Source of the DNA: a virus
Length of the DNA: 64,000 bases
Direction: 5' to 3' (one strand)
IMG/VR virus record: IMGVR_UViG_3300017544_000199
Span: 11,611 to 75,610 of that record
This document shows positions 18,571-28,783 of this stretch, piece by piece. How positions within the stretch are numbered: position 1 is the first letter of the stretch; the number at the start of each line of letters is the position of its first letter. The notes under the pieces were generated by a model that ran no database searches, was not told the DNA's origin, and saw nothing but the letters and a program-made list of their open reading frames with translations. The translations under genes were made by a program, and so were the position numbers.

Positions 18571-19469
18571 AGGTTCTTGATGCGGGCCTCGCTGCGCATC
18601 TCGCCGGCGGCGTCACGACGCTTTGCCATTGCTGGCGCGTGGCGCGCAAGGACGGCACGGTGCTCGGCTTCACCGATCATGACCGAGATCTCCTGATCGA
18701 CGGCGTTACCTACAAGGCGGCGACCGGATTCACCGCGACCGCGATCGAGGACCAGCTCGGGCTTGCGGTCTCGAATCTCGATGTGGACGGCGCGCTCTCG
18801 TCGGCTGCGATCACCGAGGACGATCTCAATGCCGGGCTCTATGACGACGCAGCCGTCACCATCATGCGCGTCAACTGGCAGGACGTGTCGCAGCGCGTCG
18901 TCCTCCGGTCCGGCTTCCTCGGCCAAGTCACGCGAGGCGAGACGAGCTTTTCCGCCGAGTTGCGCGGGCTTGCCGCCAAGCTCGACCAAAGCGCCGGGCG
19001 CATCTTCCAGCGCACCTGCGCCTGGGAGCTCGGTGATGCGCGCTGTCAGATCGACCTCGGCGCACCCGCACACCACGGCAGCGGCACAGTCGCGAGTGTC
19101 ATCAGCAATTTCGATTTCACTGCCAGCGGGATCGGCTCGTTTGCATCCGGCGTATTCAGCCGCGGCAAGATCACCTGGAGCAGCGGCGACAACGCGGGCC
19201 TCGAAATCGAAGTGAAATCGCACTCGCAAGGCAGCCCCAATTCGCGACTTTCGCTTTTCCTGCCGATGCCGCGCTTGATGCAAGTGGGCGATACGTTCAC
19301 GATCACCGCCGGTTGCGACAAGACGCTGGCGACCTGCCGCGACCGCTTCGCGAACGTCGTCAATTTTGGCGGCTTTCCTCATATGCCGGGAAATGACTTC
19401 GCGCTCTCCTTCGCCAAGCAGGGCGACAGCAACGACGGCACGTCTCTCGGAGGCGGAAACCGTGGTTAG
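18567..19469 (+). CDS. Baseplate hub (DUF2163/BR0599, GTA-like)
   Basis: TTLCHCW...GFTDHDRDL; CAWELGDARC; GCDKTLATCRDRFANVVNFGGFPHMPG. Confidence 0.9.
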   Translation: MKVLDAGLAAHLAGGVTTLCHCWRVARKDGTVLGFTDHDRDLLIDGVTYKAATGFTATAIEDQLGLAVSNLDVDGALSSAAITEDDLNAGLYDDAAVTIMRVNWQDVSQRVVLRSGFLGQVTRGETSFSAELRGLAAKLDQSAGRIFQRTCAWELGDARCQIDLGAPAHHGSGTVASVISNFDFTASGIGSFASGVFSRGKITWSSGDNAGLEIEVKSHSQGSPNSRLSLFLPMPRLMQVGDTFTITAGCDKTLATCRDRFANVVNFGGFPHMPGNDFALSFAKQGDSNDGTSLGGGNRG

Positions 19470-19902
19470 CCGGGCTGACATCATTGCCGAGGCGCGCTCG
19501 TGGATCGGAACGCCCTACGCCCATCAGGCTTCCGTGAAAGGCATCGGCTGCGACTGCCTCGGGCTGGTGCGCGGCGTCTGGCGCGCCATCTATGGCGAGG
19601 AGCCAGAGCAGCCGCCGCCCTACAGCCGCGATTGGGCGGAAGCGCACGGCCGTGAGACGCTGGCGGAAGCGGCCGGCCGGCACATGGTGCCAGTGATTAT
19701 GGATGCGATTCGGCCCGGCGACGTACTGCTCTTCGCCATGAAGGAAAACTCCCCCGCCAAGCACTGCGCAATCCTGACGGCGCCCCGCCGAATGCTGCAT
19801 TCGATCGAGGCGCATCCGGTTGCCGAGGTGTCCCTTTGGACTGGAAGCGGATCGCGGCAGCGCCTGCGCTTTGCCTTCTCGTTTCCTTTCCTCACGGACT
19901 GA
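19462..19902 (+). CDS. Tail-associated NlpC/P60 peptidase
   Basis: ARSWIGTPYAHQAS..G.GCDCLGLVRGVWR; KHCAI. Confidence 0.9.
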   Translation: MVSRADIIAEARSWIGTPYAHQASVKGIGCDCLGLVRGVWRAIYGEEPEQPPPYSRDWAEAHGRETLAEAAGRHMVPVIMDAIRPGDVLLFAMKENSPAKHCAILTAPRRMLHSIEAHPVAEVSLWTGSGSRQRLRFAFSFPFLTD

Positions 19903-19907
19903 ACCCG

Positions 19908-22900
19908 ATGGCAGCTCTTATTCTGACCGTCGGGGCGGCGGCACTGACGGAAGGCGCAGCCGCTTGGGTCGTAACCGCCGCAACGGCCGCGGCGGCGGTC
20001 GCCGGAAGCTACATCGATGCGCAGCTTTTCGGCCCCGGTCCGCAAAAGCAGGAAGGGCCGCGCCTCGACAATCTGCAAGTCCAGGCTTCGACCGAAGGCG
20101 CGCCAATCCCGGAGGTCGCCGGCCGCGTGCGCATCGCCGGGCAGATCATCTGGGCGACCAAGTTCAAGGAGGTGGCCAAGACCGAAACGAGTGGGGGTGG
20201 CGGTGGAAAGGGTTTCGGCGGCGGCGGAGGAACGGTCCAGACCACCACCTACACCTATTATGCGAATTTCGCGGTCGGGCTTTGCGAAGGCGTGGTCGAT
20301 CGCGTCGGCCGCATCTGGGCGGACGGCAAACCTCTCGATATGAGCGGCGTCACGATGCGCTTGTATCGGGGCACGGCCGATCAGGCGCCGGACTCGCTCA
20401 TTGAAGGCATCGAGGGAAACGCCAACGCGCCGGCCTACCGCGGCACGGCTTACGTGGTCTTCGACAACCTTCAGATCACCCAATTCGGCAATCGGCTGCC
20501 GCAGCTGACCTTCGAGGTGTTCCGGCGTGTGTCGCGGTCCGACGGCTCGGGCCTTGAGGACATCGTTCAGGCGATCACGCTCATTCCGGGTGCCGGCGAG
20601 CGGGTCTATGACACGGTGGTGTCCACCCGCGATCTCGGCGGCGGGGCGACTGCGCCGGAGAACAAGTTTGCGGGCCAGGCGACGGCGGATTGGACCGTTG
20701 CGCTCGACGATCTCGAAGCCTCGCTTCCGAATGCCGGGACGGTTCTCCTGGTCGTGGGCTGGTTCGGCGACGATCTTCGGGCCGGCCAATGCACGGTCCG
20801 CCCGAAAGTCGAAGTTGCGGACAAAAGCACGACGCCGAATGCCTGGCAGGTTCATACGCTCAGCCGCGCCGCTGCTGCGGTGGTGAGCACGGTCGATGGA
20901 AGGCCCGCCTATGGCGGCACACCCTCCGACGATTCCGTTGTGCGCGCCGTCCGCGACCTCAAGGCGCGCGGCTTCTCGGTCGTCTTCTATCCCTTCGTGT
21001 TCATGGACATCGCGCAGGGCAACAGCCTGCCCGATCCTTGGACCGGAAGCACTGGCCAGCCGGTCTATCCCTGGCGCGGGCGCATCACCTGCGATCCCGC
21101 GCCGGGACGGCCCGGCACGGCGGACAAGACCGCGGCTGCCGGCACTCAGGTTGCCGCGTTCTTCGGTTCGGCAGCGCCGGGCGACATCTCCGTTTCGGTG
21201 AACGGCAGCACGGGCGCGGTGTTCACCGGCTATTCCGGTCCGAACGAATGGAGCTTCCGGCGTTTCATTCTGCACTACGCCAAGCTCTGTGCGGCGATCA
21301 ACGCCGTCGATCCCGGCGCGGTGGACGGATTCTTGATCGGTTCGGAGTTGAAGGCGCTCACGACCGTTCGCGACAGCGCCACGACTTTCCCGGCGGTTGC
21401 GAAAATGAAAACGCTGGCCGCGGATGTGAAGGGCATTCTGGGCGCCGGCGTGAAGGTCGGCTACGCGGCCGATTGGTCCGAATACAACAATTACAATCCG
21501 GGCGACGGCACCGGCGACCTCTTCTTTCACCTCGACCCGCTCTGGGCCGACGGCAATATCGATTTCGTCGGCGTCGATCTTTATGTGCCGCTCTCGGACT
21601 GGCGTGACGGCAATGCGCATCTCGATGCGCTCGCGGGCGCCGCCTCGATCTACGATCTCGATTATCTGCGCAGCAAGGTCGAAGGCGGCGAGGATTACGA
21701 TTGGTTCTACGCCGACGCCGATGCACGCGACGTACAGGACCGATCCGCGATCACCGATGGCGCCTACGGCAAGCCCTGGGTCTATCGCGCCAAGGATTTT
21801 CGCGGCTGGTGGCTTAATCAACACTTCGATCGGCCGGGCGGCATCGAGAGCGGCACGCCGACCGCGTGGACGCCGCAAGGCAAGCCGATCTGGTTCACGG
21901 AGTTCGGCATCCCCTCGGTGGACAAAGGCACGAACCAGCCGAATGTCTTTTACGATCCGAAGTCCTCAGAGAGCGAACTGCCTTACTATTCGCGAGGCAC
22001 GCGAGACGATCTGATCCAGCGCCGCGGCATCGAGGCGATGCTCTCCTATTGGGGCGCGAACAACCCGGTGTCGTCGGTCTATGGCGGCCCGATGGTCGGA
22101 TTGCTTGCCGTATGGACTTGGGACGCGCGCCCTTATCCGGCCTGGCCATCGCGGACCGATGCCTGGGGCGACGGCGATCTTTGGCCGCTGGGGCATTGGC
22201 TGAACGGCAAGATCGGTCTCGCCGATCTCGCCGCGCTCGTTGCCGAACGCTGCGAGCGCGTCGCCTTCACGCAATATGACGTGACCGCGCTCGCCGGAAT
22301 CGTCGTCGGCTATGTGCGCGATCGGCCGATGTCGCCGCGCGCTGAGATCGAACTGCTGATGAACGCCTACGCGTTCGATGCAGTCGAAAGCGAAGGCGCG
22401 ATCCGCTTCCTGCCGCGCGGCCGTGCGGCAGTGGCCAGCATCGGGCCTGACGATTGCGTCATGTCCGAGCAGGGCGACATCGTGAAGCTCACGCGGGCGC
22501 AAGAAACCGACCTGCCCGATGCCGTGTCGGTGACCTTCATCGATGGAGCAAAGGATTATCAATCGGGAACGGTCGCCGCGAGCCGGATCGCCGGGTTCTC
22601 CGAGCGCAAGACCGATGTGACCGTCCCGCTCGTCATGGATGAGATTCAGGCGCAGGCCATCGCCGACCGCGCGCTTGCCGAGGCCTGGATCGGGCGGGAA
22701 AGCGCAAAGCATGCACTGCCGCCCGATCGGATCGCGCTCGACGCCGGCGATGTAGTCAACCTCGTGATTGATGGCAGCGCACGCGAGTTTCGCCTCACCC
22801 GCATCAATGATGCCTGGTCGCGCTCGATCGAGGCGCAGCGATGCGAGGGCGCGGTCTATGCGCCGCCGCTTCCGGGATTGAAGCCGCCCGTTTTCGAACC

Positions 22901-23846
22901 GCCGCCGGTCTATGGTCGCGCGATCCTCGAGTTCCTCGACTTGCCGATGCTGCGCGATGCCGATCTCGGTTACGCGCCCTATGTCGGCGCGTCTGCGACG
23001 CCGTTCGCCGGCGTCACGCTGATGGACAGCGCCACGGGCACGAACTACGCGATCGACACGCTTCTGCCGATCCGCGCGACCATCGGCGAGACAGTCTTCG
23101 ATTTCTGGTCCGGGCCGACAGCGTATTTCGATATCGTCAACACGCTGCGCGTGAGGCTCTATTCGGGCGAACTCGCGAGCCTCGACGACGCAACGATCCT
23201 CTCGGGAGGCGCCAATGCCCTCGCGATCCGCAACGCCGAGGGCGATTGGGAAATTCTGCAATTCGCCACTGCGACGCTCGTCGATGCCGGCGTCTACGAC
23301 CTCACGAACCTGTTGCGAGGCCGGCTTGGGACCGAACACGCCATGCGCTCGCCGATCGCGGCCGGCGCGCGCGTCGTGATCTTGGACGGCTCTATTGCGC
23401 AGATCGACGCAGCGCTGTCGGAGCGGGGCGTTCAACGCTTCTACAAGTGGGGGCCATCGAGCCTCGATCCGTCCGATATTGCCTGGCAGCAGGGAACGTT
23501 TACGGCCCGCTGCGTCGGGCTGATGCCATGGTCGCCCGTGCACGTCACCGGGATTCGCAACGGCGCAGGCGACCTCTCGATCACATGGGTTCGGCGCACG
23601 CGCTTCGGCGGCGCATGGGCGGATGGCGCCGACGTGCCGCTCAATGAAGAAAGCGAGCGCTACGAGCTCGATATCCTCAACGGCGCGAACGTCGTCCGCA
23701 CCATGACGGCGACTTCGCCGACGGTGACGTATACCGCTGCGGAGCAGACCGCCGACTTCGGATCGCCCCAGCCCGCAGTTGCCGTGAAGGTCTATCAGAT
23801 CTCCGCCACGGTCGGCCGCGGCTGGCCGAGCGCAGCCACGCTCTGA
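19908..23846 (+). CDS. Baseplate multidomain 'megatron' protein (GTA TIM-barrel-like)
   Basis: EGPRL...PAYRGTAYVVF...YAADWSEY...WTWDARPYP...LLRGRLGTE. Confidence 0.92.
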   Translation: MAALILTVGAAALTEGAAAWVVTAATAAAAVAGSYIDAQLFGPGPQKQEGPRLDNLQVQASTEGAPIPEVAGRVRIAGQIIWATKFKEVAKTETSGGGGGKGFGGGGGTVQTTTYTYYANFAVGLCEGVVDRVGRIWADGKPLDMSGVTMRLYRGTADQAPDSLIEGIEGNANAPAYRGTAYVVFDNLQITQFGNRLPQLTFEVFRRVSRSDGSGLEDIVQAITLIPGAGERVYDTVVSTRDLGGGATAPENKFAGQATADWTVALDDLEASLPNAGTVLLVVGWFGDDLRAGQCTVRPKVEVADKSTTPNAWQVHTLSRAAAAVVSTVDGRPAYGGTPSDDSVVRAVRDLKARGFSVVFYPFVFMDIAQGNSLPDPWTGSTGQPVYPWRGRITCDPAPGRPGTADKTAAAGTQVAAFFGSAAPGDISVSVNGSTGAVFTGYSGPNEWSFRRFILHYAKLCAAINAVDPGAVDGFLIGSELKALTTVRDSATTFPAVAKMKTLAADVKGILGAGVKVGYAADWSEYNNYNPGDGTGDLFFHLDPLWADGNIDFVGVDLYVPLSDWRDGNAHLDALAGAASIYDLDYLRSKVEGGEDYDWFYADADARDVQDRSAITDGAYGKPWVYRAKDFRGWWLNQHFDRPGGIESGTPTAWTPQGKPIWFTEFGIPSVDKGTNQPNVFYDPKSSESELPYYSRGTRDDLIQRRGIEAMLSYWGANNPVSSVYGGPMVGLLAVWTWDARPYPAWPSRTDAWGDGDLWPLGHWLNGKIGLADLAALVAERCERVAFTQYDVTALAGIVVGYVRDRPMSPRAEIELLMNAYAFDAVESEGAIRFLPRGRAAVASIGPDDCVMSEQGDIVKLTRAQETDLPDAVSVTFIDGAKDYQSGTVAASRIAGFSERKTDVTVPLVMDEIQAQAIADRALAEAWIGRESAKHALPPDRIALDAGDVVNLVIDGSAREFRLTRINDAWSRSIEAQRCEGAVYAPPLPGLKPPVFEPPPVYGRAILEFLDLPMLRDADLGYAPYVGASATPFAGVTLMDSATGTNYAIDTLLPIRATIGETVFDFWSGPTAYFDIVNTLRVRLYSGELASLDDATILSGGANALAIRNAEGDWEILQFATATLVDAGVYDLTNLLRGRLGTEHAMRSPIAAGARVVILDGSIAQIDAALSERGVQRFYKWGPSSLDPSDIAWQQGTFTARCVGLMPWSPVHVTGIRNGAGDLSITWVRRTRFGGAWADGADVPLNEESERYELDILNGANVVRTMTATSPTVTYTAAEQTADFGSPQPAVAVKVYQISATVGRGWPSAATL

Positions 23847-23877
23847 ATCGTCCCATTCAATCAAGGAAAGGAACGCG

Positions 23878-24945
23878 ATGCCGACACCGCGGCTCGCGCT
23901 GCCCTACATCGTGCAGGGGCAGGCGCAGAAGGAGGTCACGCACAACGACGCGCTCGTTCGCCTCGACGCGCTGGTCGATCTCTACATCCTCGATCGCGAT
24001 CTCGCCGCGCCTCCCGGCTCGCCCTCCGATGGCGACGCCTACGTCGTGGCGGCAAGCCCGACCGGGGCATGGACCGGTCAAGCCGGCAACATCGCCTACT
24101 GCATCGACGGCGCCTGGCGCTTCTATGTGCCGGTGAAGGGCCTAATTGCCTACATCGCCGACGAGCAAAAGATGCTCGTCTTCACGGCAAGCGGCTGGGT
24201 CGATCTGGTTTCGGTTCTCGCCTTCCAGAATCTTTCGAAGCTCGGCATCCTTACGTCCGCCGACAATACAAACCGTCTCGCGGTCAAGTCCGACGCGGTT
24301 CTGCTCAGTCATGACGACGTGACGCCGGGATCGGGCGATCTGCGGGTCACGCTGAACAAAAGCGCCGCCGCGAAGGACGCGGGCTTCGTCTTCCAGGACG
24401 GCTTCAGCACCCGCGCACTGTTCGGGCTGCTTGGCGACGACAATTTCACCGTCAAGGTGACTCCGGACGGATCGACCTTCTACACCGGCCTGTCGATCGA
24501 CAAAGCCACGGGCAAGGTCTCCTTCCCGGCCATGGCGAAGCTCTCCGCTTACATCAATTACGATCACTACGCGGCAACGACCTACGTCAACACGGACATC
24601 AATAACGAGGATCTGGACACCGCGAACGCCTTTGCTTCCAACGTGTTCACGGCGCCCAGCACCGGACTTTACAAGGTGGGATATTCGCTCGGCTGGACCC
24701 AGAACGGCGCGAACGCGCCGACCTCCATGCACGGCCGGTTGCTCAAGAATGGCGCAACCGAGGTTCTGCCCGCCGCATCGCGAGCGTCCAACAATGCGGC
24801 CGATACCGGCAAGATCATCATCTGCACGCAAGGCATCATCTCGCTGACGGCCGGCGACACCCTTCGCTTGCAGCACAAGTTCTCGTCGCTGGACGGCTAC
24901 GCCTCGGCGAACATCACCCGCTTCTGGGTAGAGCAGATCACCTGA
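23878..24945 (+). CDS. Tail fibre/receptor-binding protein (DUF2793 N-terminus, C1q-like C-terminus)
   Basis: TPRLALPYI..GQAQKEVTHNDAL..LDAL; C-terminal FTAPSTGLY...LTAGDTL. Confidence 0.82.
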   Translation: MPTPRLALPYIVQGQAQKEVTHNDALVRLDALVDLYILDRDLAAPPGSPSDGDAYVVAASPTGAWTGQAGNIAYCIDGAWRFYVPVKGLIAYIADEQKMLVFTASGWVDLVSVLAFQNLSKLGILTSADNTNRLAVKSDAVLLSHDDVTPGSGDLRVTLNKSAAAKDAGFVFQDGFSTRALFGLLGDDNFTVKVTPDGSTFYTGLSIDKATGKVSFPAMAKLSAYINYDHYAATTYVNTDINNEDLDTANAFASNVFTAPSTGLYKVGYSLGWTQNGANAPTSMHGRLLKNGATEVLPAASRASNNAADTGKIIICTQGIISLTAGDTLRLQHKFSSLDGYASANITRFWVEQIT

Positions 24946-24997
24946 TCGCGGCCGGGTCGCGGCGGCACAAATTCAGCACACGCGAAAGGAGGCAGGC

Positions 24998-25261
24998 ATG
25001 GACCTGCAATGGTGGATCACGGTCATCGGCGTTCCGCTGGTCGGCGCACTGTTCTGGCTGCGCTTTCATGATCGTGACGACGTGGACACAGCGCTGCGCG
25101 GCCTCAAGGACGAGCTCGCAAACTACAAGCTTCTGGTCGCGACCAGCTTCGTCTCGGTCTCGTATCTCAAGGACGTGGAGGGCCGCATCATGGCCCACCT
25201 CGAGAAGATCGAGAAGAAGATCGACCGCGTGATCGAGCAGCGGCATCCGCCGGCCGATTAG
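24998..25261 (+). CDS. Putative holin/antiholin (single TM plus coiled coil)
   Basis: N-terminal TM WWITVIGVPLVGALFWL; AGGAGG RBS; precedes endolysin. Confidence 0.6.
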   Translation: MDLQWWITVIGVPLVGALFWLRFHDRDDVDTALRGLKDELANYKLLVATSFVSVSYLKDVEGRIMAHLEKIEKKIDRVIEQRHPPAD

Positions 25262-25288
25262 CGCGGCTCCCAAGTCCCGCCGTCCCAC

Positions 25289-25322
25289 GAAAGCCCGCCA
25301 TCCCGGCGGGCTTCGTCGTTTC
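25289..25322 (+). terminator. GC-rich hairpin between holin-like gene and endolysin
   Basis: AAGCCCGCC-loop-GGCGGGCTT followed by CGTCGTTT. Confidence 0.45.
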
Positions 25323-25334
25323 AGGAGACATCAC

Positions 25335-25865
25335 ATGCTGCCATCCCGCTATGGCTGGCTCACGCGCGAGCCGGGCCCGAAGATGATCGTCGAGGCGCTC
25401 AAGCTCTACGGCACGCTGGAAACGCCCGGATCGGCGAATAACCCAACCATTATCGCCTGGGCGAAGGAGGTCGGTGGCGAAGTCGCGGATGCCTACAAGG
25501 CCGACAGCATTCCCTGGTGCGGCCTGTTCATGGCGGTGGTCGCCAAGCGCGCCGACAAGGAGATCCCGAAGCACCCGCTGTGGGCGCTGTCGTGGTCGGC
25601 TTTCGGTGCGAAGTCGCCGGCCGCGGCGCTCGGCGACGTGCTCGTGTTCGTGCGCAACGGCGGCGGGCATGTCGGCCTCTATGTCGGCGAGGACGCCGCC
25701 GCATTTCATGTGCTCGGCGGCAACCAGTCCGACCGCGTCTGCATCACGCGCGTGTCGCGAAGCCGCCTCTATGCCGCGCGCCGCCCGCTTTATCGCGTCC
25801 AGCCCGGCAACGTCCGGCCGGTCCACTTGGAGGCGACCGGCGCGCTGTCGCTGAACGAGACCTGA
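25335..25865 (+). CDS. Endolysin, TIGR02594/CHAP-like
   Basis: NNPTIIAWA, DSIPWCGLF, GGGHVG, VLGGNQSD. Confidence 0.88.
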   Translation: MLPSRYGWLTREPGPKMIVEALKLYGTLETPGSANNPTIIAWAKEVGGEVADAYKADSIPWCGLFMAVVAKRADKEIPKHPLWALSWSAFGAKSPAAALGDVLVFVRNGGGHVGLYVGEDAAAFHVLGGNQSDRVCITRVSRSRLYAARRPLYRVQPGNVRPVHLEATGALSLNET

Positions 25866-25867
25866 TC

Positions 25868-25899
25868 CTTTCCGCCAATTTCCGCCCCTTTCCGCCTCG
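25868..25899 (+). repeat. Three 10-bp-period TTTCCGCC direct repeats
   Basis: TTTCCGCCAA TTTCCGCCCC TTTCCGCCTC; similar triplets at 35861 and 39361. Confidence 0.7.
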
Positions 25900-25997
25900 G
25901 TACCGAGAGCCGGCGCGTGATGTGCTCCGGCAGCCGGTGACGCGGCGATCCCGTGCTCGGCCGGGTCTGTCGAGCAACCTGGACATCGAGGTGAACC

Positions 25998-26168
25998 ATG
26001 AACTGGGACAGCATTCAGCAACTCGTGCGCATCGTCGCATATGCCATCGGCGGTTATCTGCTGGGGGATGCCGTGGCCAATAGCGAGCAATTCCAGGCCG
26101 CCGTCGGCGGTCTCGTGAGCGTTGGGGCATTCGCGTGGTGGTTCTACTGGGAGCGCAAGCGCGCCTAG
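25998..26168 (+). CDS. Small two-TM putative holin (56 aa, below ORF track cut-off)
   Basis: MNWDSIQQLVRIVAYAIGGYLLG...AAVGGLVSVGAFAWWFYWERKRA*; GAGGTG RBS. Confidence 0.75.
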   Translation: MNWDSIQQLVRIVAYAIGGYLLGDAVANSEQFQAAVGGLVSVGAFAWWFYWERKRA

Positions 26169-26185
26169 TTGAAGGAAGCAAAGAA

Positions 26186-26413
26186 ATGAACTGGCTCGCG
26201 GCCCTGGCGGCGCTCGCTCGGATCGTTCTCGCCATCCTCGAAATGGCGCGTGAACGTCAGGCGGAGGGTGCCGGCAGGGCCGAAGCCATTGCGGAGGCCG
26301 CCACCAATGCCCTCGATCTCATCCGCAAGGCGCGCGATGCGCGCCGCGCTGCTGCCGATGCCGCTGTTGATCCTGGCCGGCTGCGCGACGACGACGGCTT
26401 CCGTCGCGACTGA
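26186..26413 (+). CDS. i-spanin (Rz-like)
   Basis: N-terminal hydrophobic helix, Ala-rich coil, ends DDDGFRRD. Confidence 0.7.
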   Translation: MNWLAALAALARIVLAILEMARERQAEGAGRAEAIAEAATNALDLIRKARDARRAAADAAVDPGRLRDDDGFRRD

Positions 26414-26534
26414 TGCGGTTGCTTGCTCGGCGTTCGAGCCAATCCGGTGGTCAACAAAGGACACCGACGAAACGATCCGCCAAGTCAAGGAACATAACGC
26501 GGCTTGGAAACTCATCTGTCTATCGAAGAAATAG
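26337..26534 (+). CDS. o-spanin lipoprotein (Rz1-like)
   Basis: Overlaps i-spanin in another frame; lipobox LILAGC; HNAAW..IC. Confidence 0.78.
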   Translation: MRAALLPMPLLILAGCATTTASVATDAVACSAFEPIRWSTKDTDETIRQVKEHNAAWKLICLSKK

Positions 26535-26722
26535 GTTCGAAATCTGAAAGAGGGTACCAACCGCTCAACTCTCTGAGAATCCAATGTTCCTGGCAAAGCG
26601 GCAGCCGCCCATACGTTTACCTTTATCCCCAGAGACTTAGAGCATAGGGTAGGACCATCCGGTGGTTGTGGCCTTGTGGCACTAACCGCCGGACTGCTCG
26701 CTTGTCCACTGGGGGGTTACGC

Positions 26723-28780
26723 GTGCTGGAACAGCAGCTTCTTGATGAATTTTCCACCCGCCTAAAGGCTGAAGTGGAGGAAAGGCTTGAAGAAATCGGC
26801 ACCGAGACGCCGTTGGCCAGCGACACAGCCCTGGCTGACGTGATGCTGGGCTATATGGAGGAAGCAGGCCTCGTCGCGGAGCACGACCTTTGTCCCTTCG
26901 AGGATACCACCGGGCGCAACCGCTGTCGGGTGATCGGTTACTCCCTGCCCGAAGATTCGACCCGTCTTGAGATTTTCACTGCGCAATTCCTGCCCGAGGG
27001 TGCCAGCGCCAGCCTAGGTGCCGGGGAGCTTTCTCGCCTGACGGGCCGCGCGGCCCGGTTTTTCGGTTATGCCGCAGCCCGCGATCTAGCTCGATTTACC
27101 GGCAATGAGTCCGCTGCCAACGCCGCACATCATATCGCTGACGAGTTGAAGCGCATCGAGGACGTGCGGGTGCATGTACTAACCAACGGTCTGGTCAGGG
27201 ACCGATCGGTCAGCACAATAGAAATCGCCGGCAGGACAGTCGAATTTTCGGTCGTTGATCTTGAGCGTCTCTTCCGGGCATCCCGCGAGACAGTCACCCG
27301 CGACCGTATTGAGATCGATTTCACGAAGCTCATCGGGCGACCGATTGCTTGCCTTGAAATGAAGCCTCGCCCGGAGGAATACGAAACCTATCTTGTCATC
27401 CTGCCAGGCGAGCTGATCTTCCAGCTTTACGAGGAATTCGGCGCGCGACTGTTCGAGTTTAATGTGCGTTCGTTTCTTCAGGCCAAGGGCAAGGTCAACA
27501 AGGGTCTACGGGACACGCTGAGAAACGAGCCCGAACGCTTTCTTGCTTACAACAACGGCATCACCGCGACGGCCGACGAGATCGAGGCCGGCCTCTTCAT
27601 GGGAGAGATGACCATCAGCCGCATCCGCGGGCTTCAGATTGTAAATGGCGCACAGACGACCGCGTCAATCCACCGGGCGAAGAAGGTCGATAAGATCGAC
27701 ATCAGCAAGGTGGCTCTTGCAATGAAGCTTACGTTGGTCGAGCCGACCAAGTTGACGGACTTCGTTCCCCTCATTGCTCGCTTCTCCAACACGCAGAACG
27801 TCATTCAGGTATCTGATCTTTCGGCGAACAATGAATTCCACATCGGTGTCGAACAGCTATCGGAAAGAATCTGGTGCCCCGGCGAGGAGGAACGCTGGTT
27901 TTACGAGCGCGCCCGCGGCGCCTATCAGGTGGCAGCGGCGCGTTTCGGCACCACACCGTCACGCCGCAAAGAATTCGAGCGCGAATGCCCGAAATCCAAC
28001 CGCTTCAGCAAGACCGATCTTGCCAAATTCCTGATGTCCTGGTGGCAGCGGCCTCATACGGTCAGCCGTGGTGCACAGAAGAATTTCGCGATCTTCATGG
28101 CGGAACTGCCGGAGCGTTTCGCGGCCGACTGGCGGCCAGACGACGTCTTCTATAAGCAGGTTGTTGCCTTAGCGATCCTGTTCCGGGCGGCCCAATCAGT
28201 AATCCGGCGCGCCAAACTCCAGTCCTATGGCGCGAACGTGCTGACGTTCATGGTCGCCAAGCTGTCGGCAGATTTTGGTGCACAATTCGACCTGACGGAG
28301 ATCTGGGAGAATCAGGAGATTTCACCGGAGCTTGTAAGCGTATTCGAGGACTGGGCGCCCCGAATCCATGCGGCAATTATCACAGGCGCCGGGCGCAGCA
28401 ACGTCACCGAATGGTGCAAGAAGGACGAGAGTTGGGCCTATATCAAGAGCCTCGATTTCGCATTTCCCGAACAGCCGCCAATCGAGATCGTCACCGAACT
28501 CGGTGAAACCGGTGACGCGCCGCAGCCACAACAACAGGTGAATGGAGAAGACCTTATCGGCTTGTGCTGCGGAGTCGACGGTGCCGGCTGGGCCAAAGTC
28601 GTGGCGTGGGGTGCCGAGAATGGACGCATTGCTAAATTCGACCAGCGCGTGGCCCTCACCCTTGCGAGCTACGCGCTGGCGGGCTGGCAGAAAAAGCCGT
28701 CAATCAAGCAGGCAAGAATCGGGGCGCGCGTCCTGAAAACCGCCGCTAGTGCGGGCGTCGTCGCGCTGGCCCACGCTTGA
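26723..28780 (+). CDS. AIPR family protein
   Basis: LFEFNVRSFLQ, FLAYNNGIT, LQIVNGAQTTASI, WFYERARGAY, NVTEWCKK. Confidence 0.9.
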   Translation: MLEQQLLDEFSTRLKAEVEERLEEIGTETPLASDTALADVMLGYMEEAGLVAEHDLCPFEDTTGRNRCRVIGYSLPEDSTRLEIFTAQFLPEGASASLGAGELSRLTGRAARFFGYAAARDLARFTGNESAANAAHHIADELKRIEDVRVHVLTNGLVRDRSVSTIEIAGRTVEFSVVDLERLFRASRETVTRDRIEIDFTKLIGRPIACLEMKPRPEEYETYLVILPGELIFQLYEEFGARLFEFNVRSFLQAKGKVNKGLRDTLRNEPERFLAYNNGITATADEIEAGLFMGEMTISRIRGLQIVNGAQTTASIHRAKKVDKIDISKVALAMKLTLVEPTKLTDFVPLIARFSNTQNVIQVSDLSANNEFHIGVEQLSERIWCPGEEERWFYERARGAYQVAAARFGTTPSRRKEFERECPKSNRFSKTDLAKFLMSWWQRPHTVSRGAQKNFAIFMAELPERFAADWRPDDVFYKQVVALAILFRAAQSVIRRAKLQSYGANVLTFMVAKLSADFGAQFDLTEIWENQEISPELVSVFEDWAPRIHAAIITGAGRSNVTEWCKKDESWAYIKSLDFAFPEQPPIEIVTELGETGDAPQPQQQVNGEDLIGLCCGVDGAGWAKVVAWGAENGRIAKFDQRVALTLASYALAGWQKKPSIKQARIGARVLKTAASAGVVALAHA

Positions 28781-28783
28781 AGA

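Noticed and set aside
17980..23846. Gene transfer agent cluster
   Set aside because: Embedded in a prophage with GpA terminase, lambda portal, cos-like site and lysis cassette
23878..26600. Diversity-generating retroelement or invertible tail-fibre cassette
   Set aside because: No reverse transcriptase, template repeat or invertase seen
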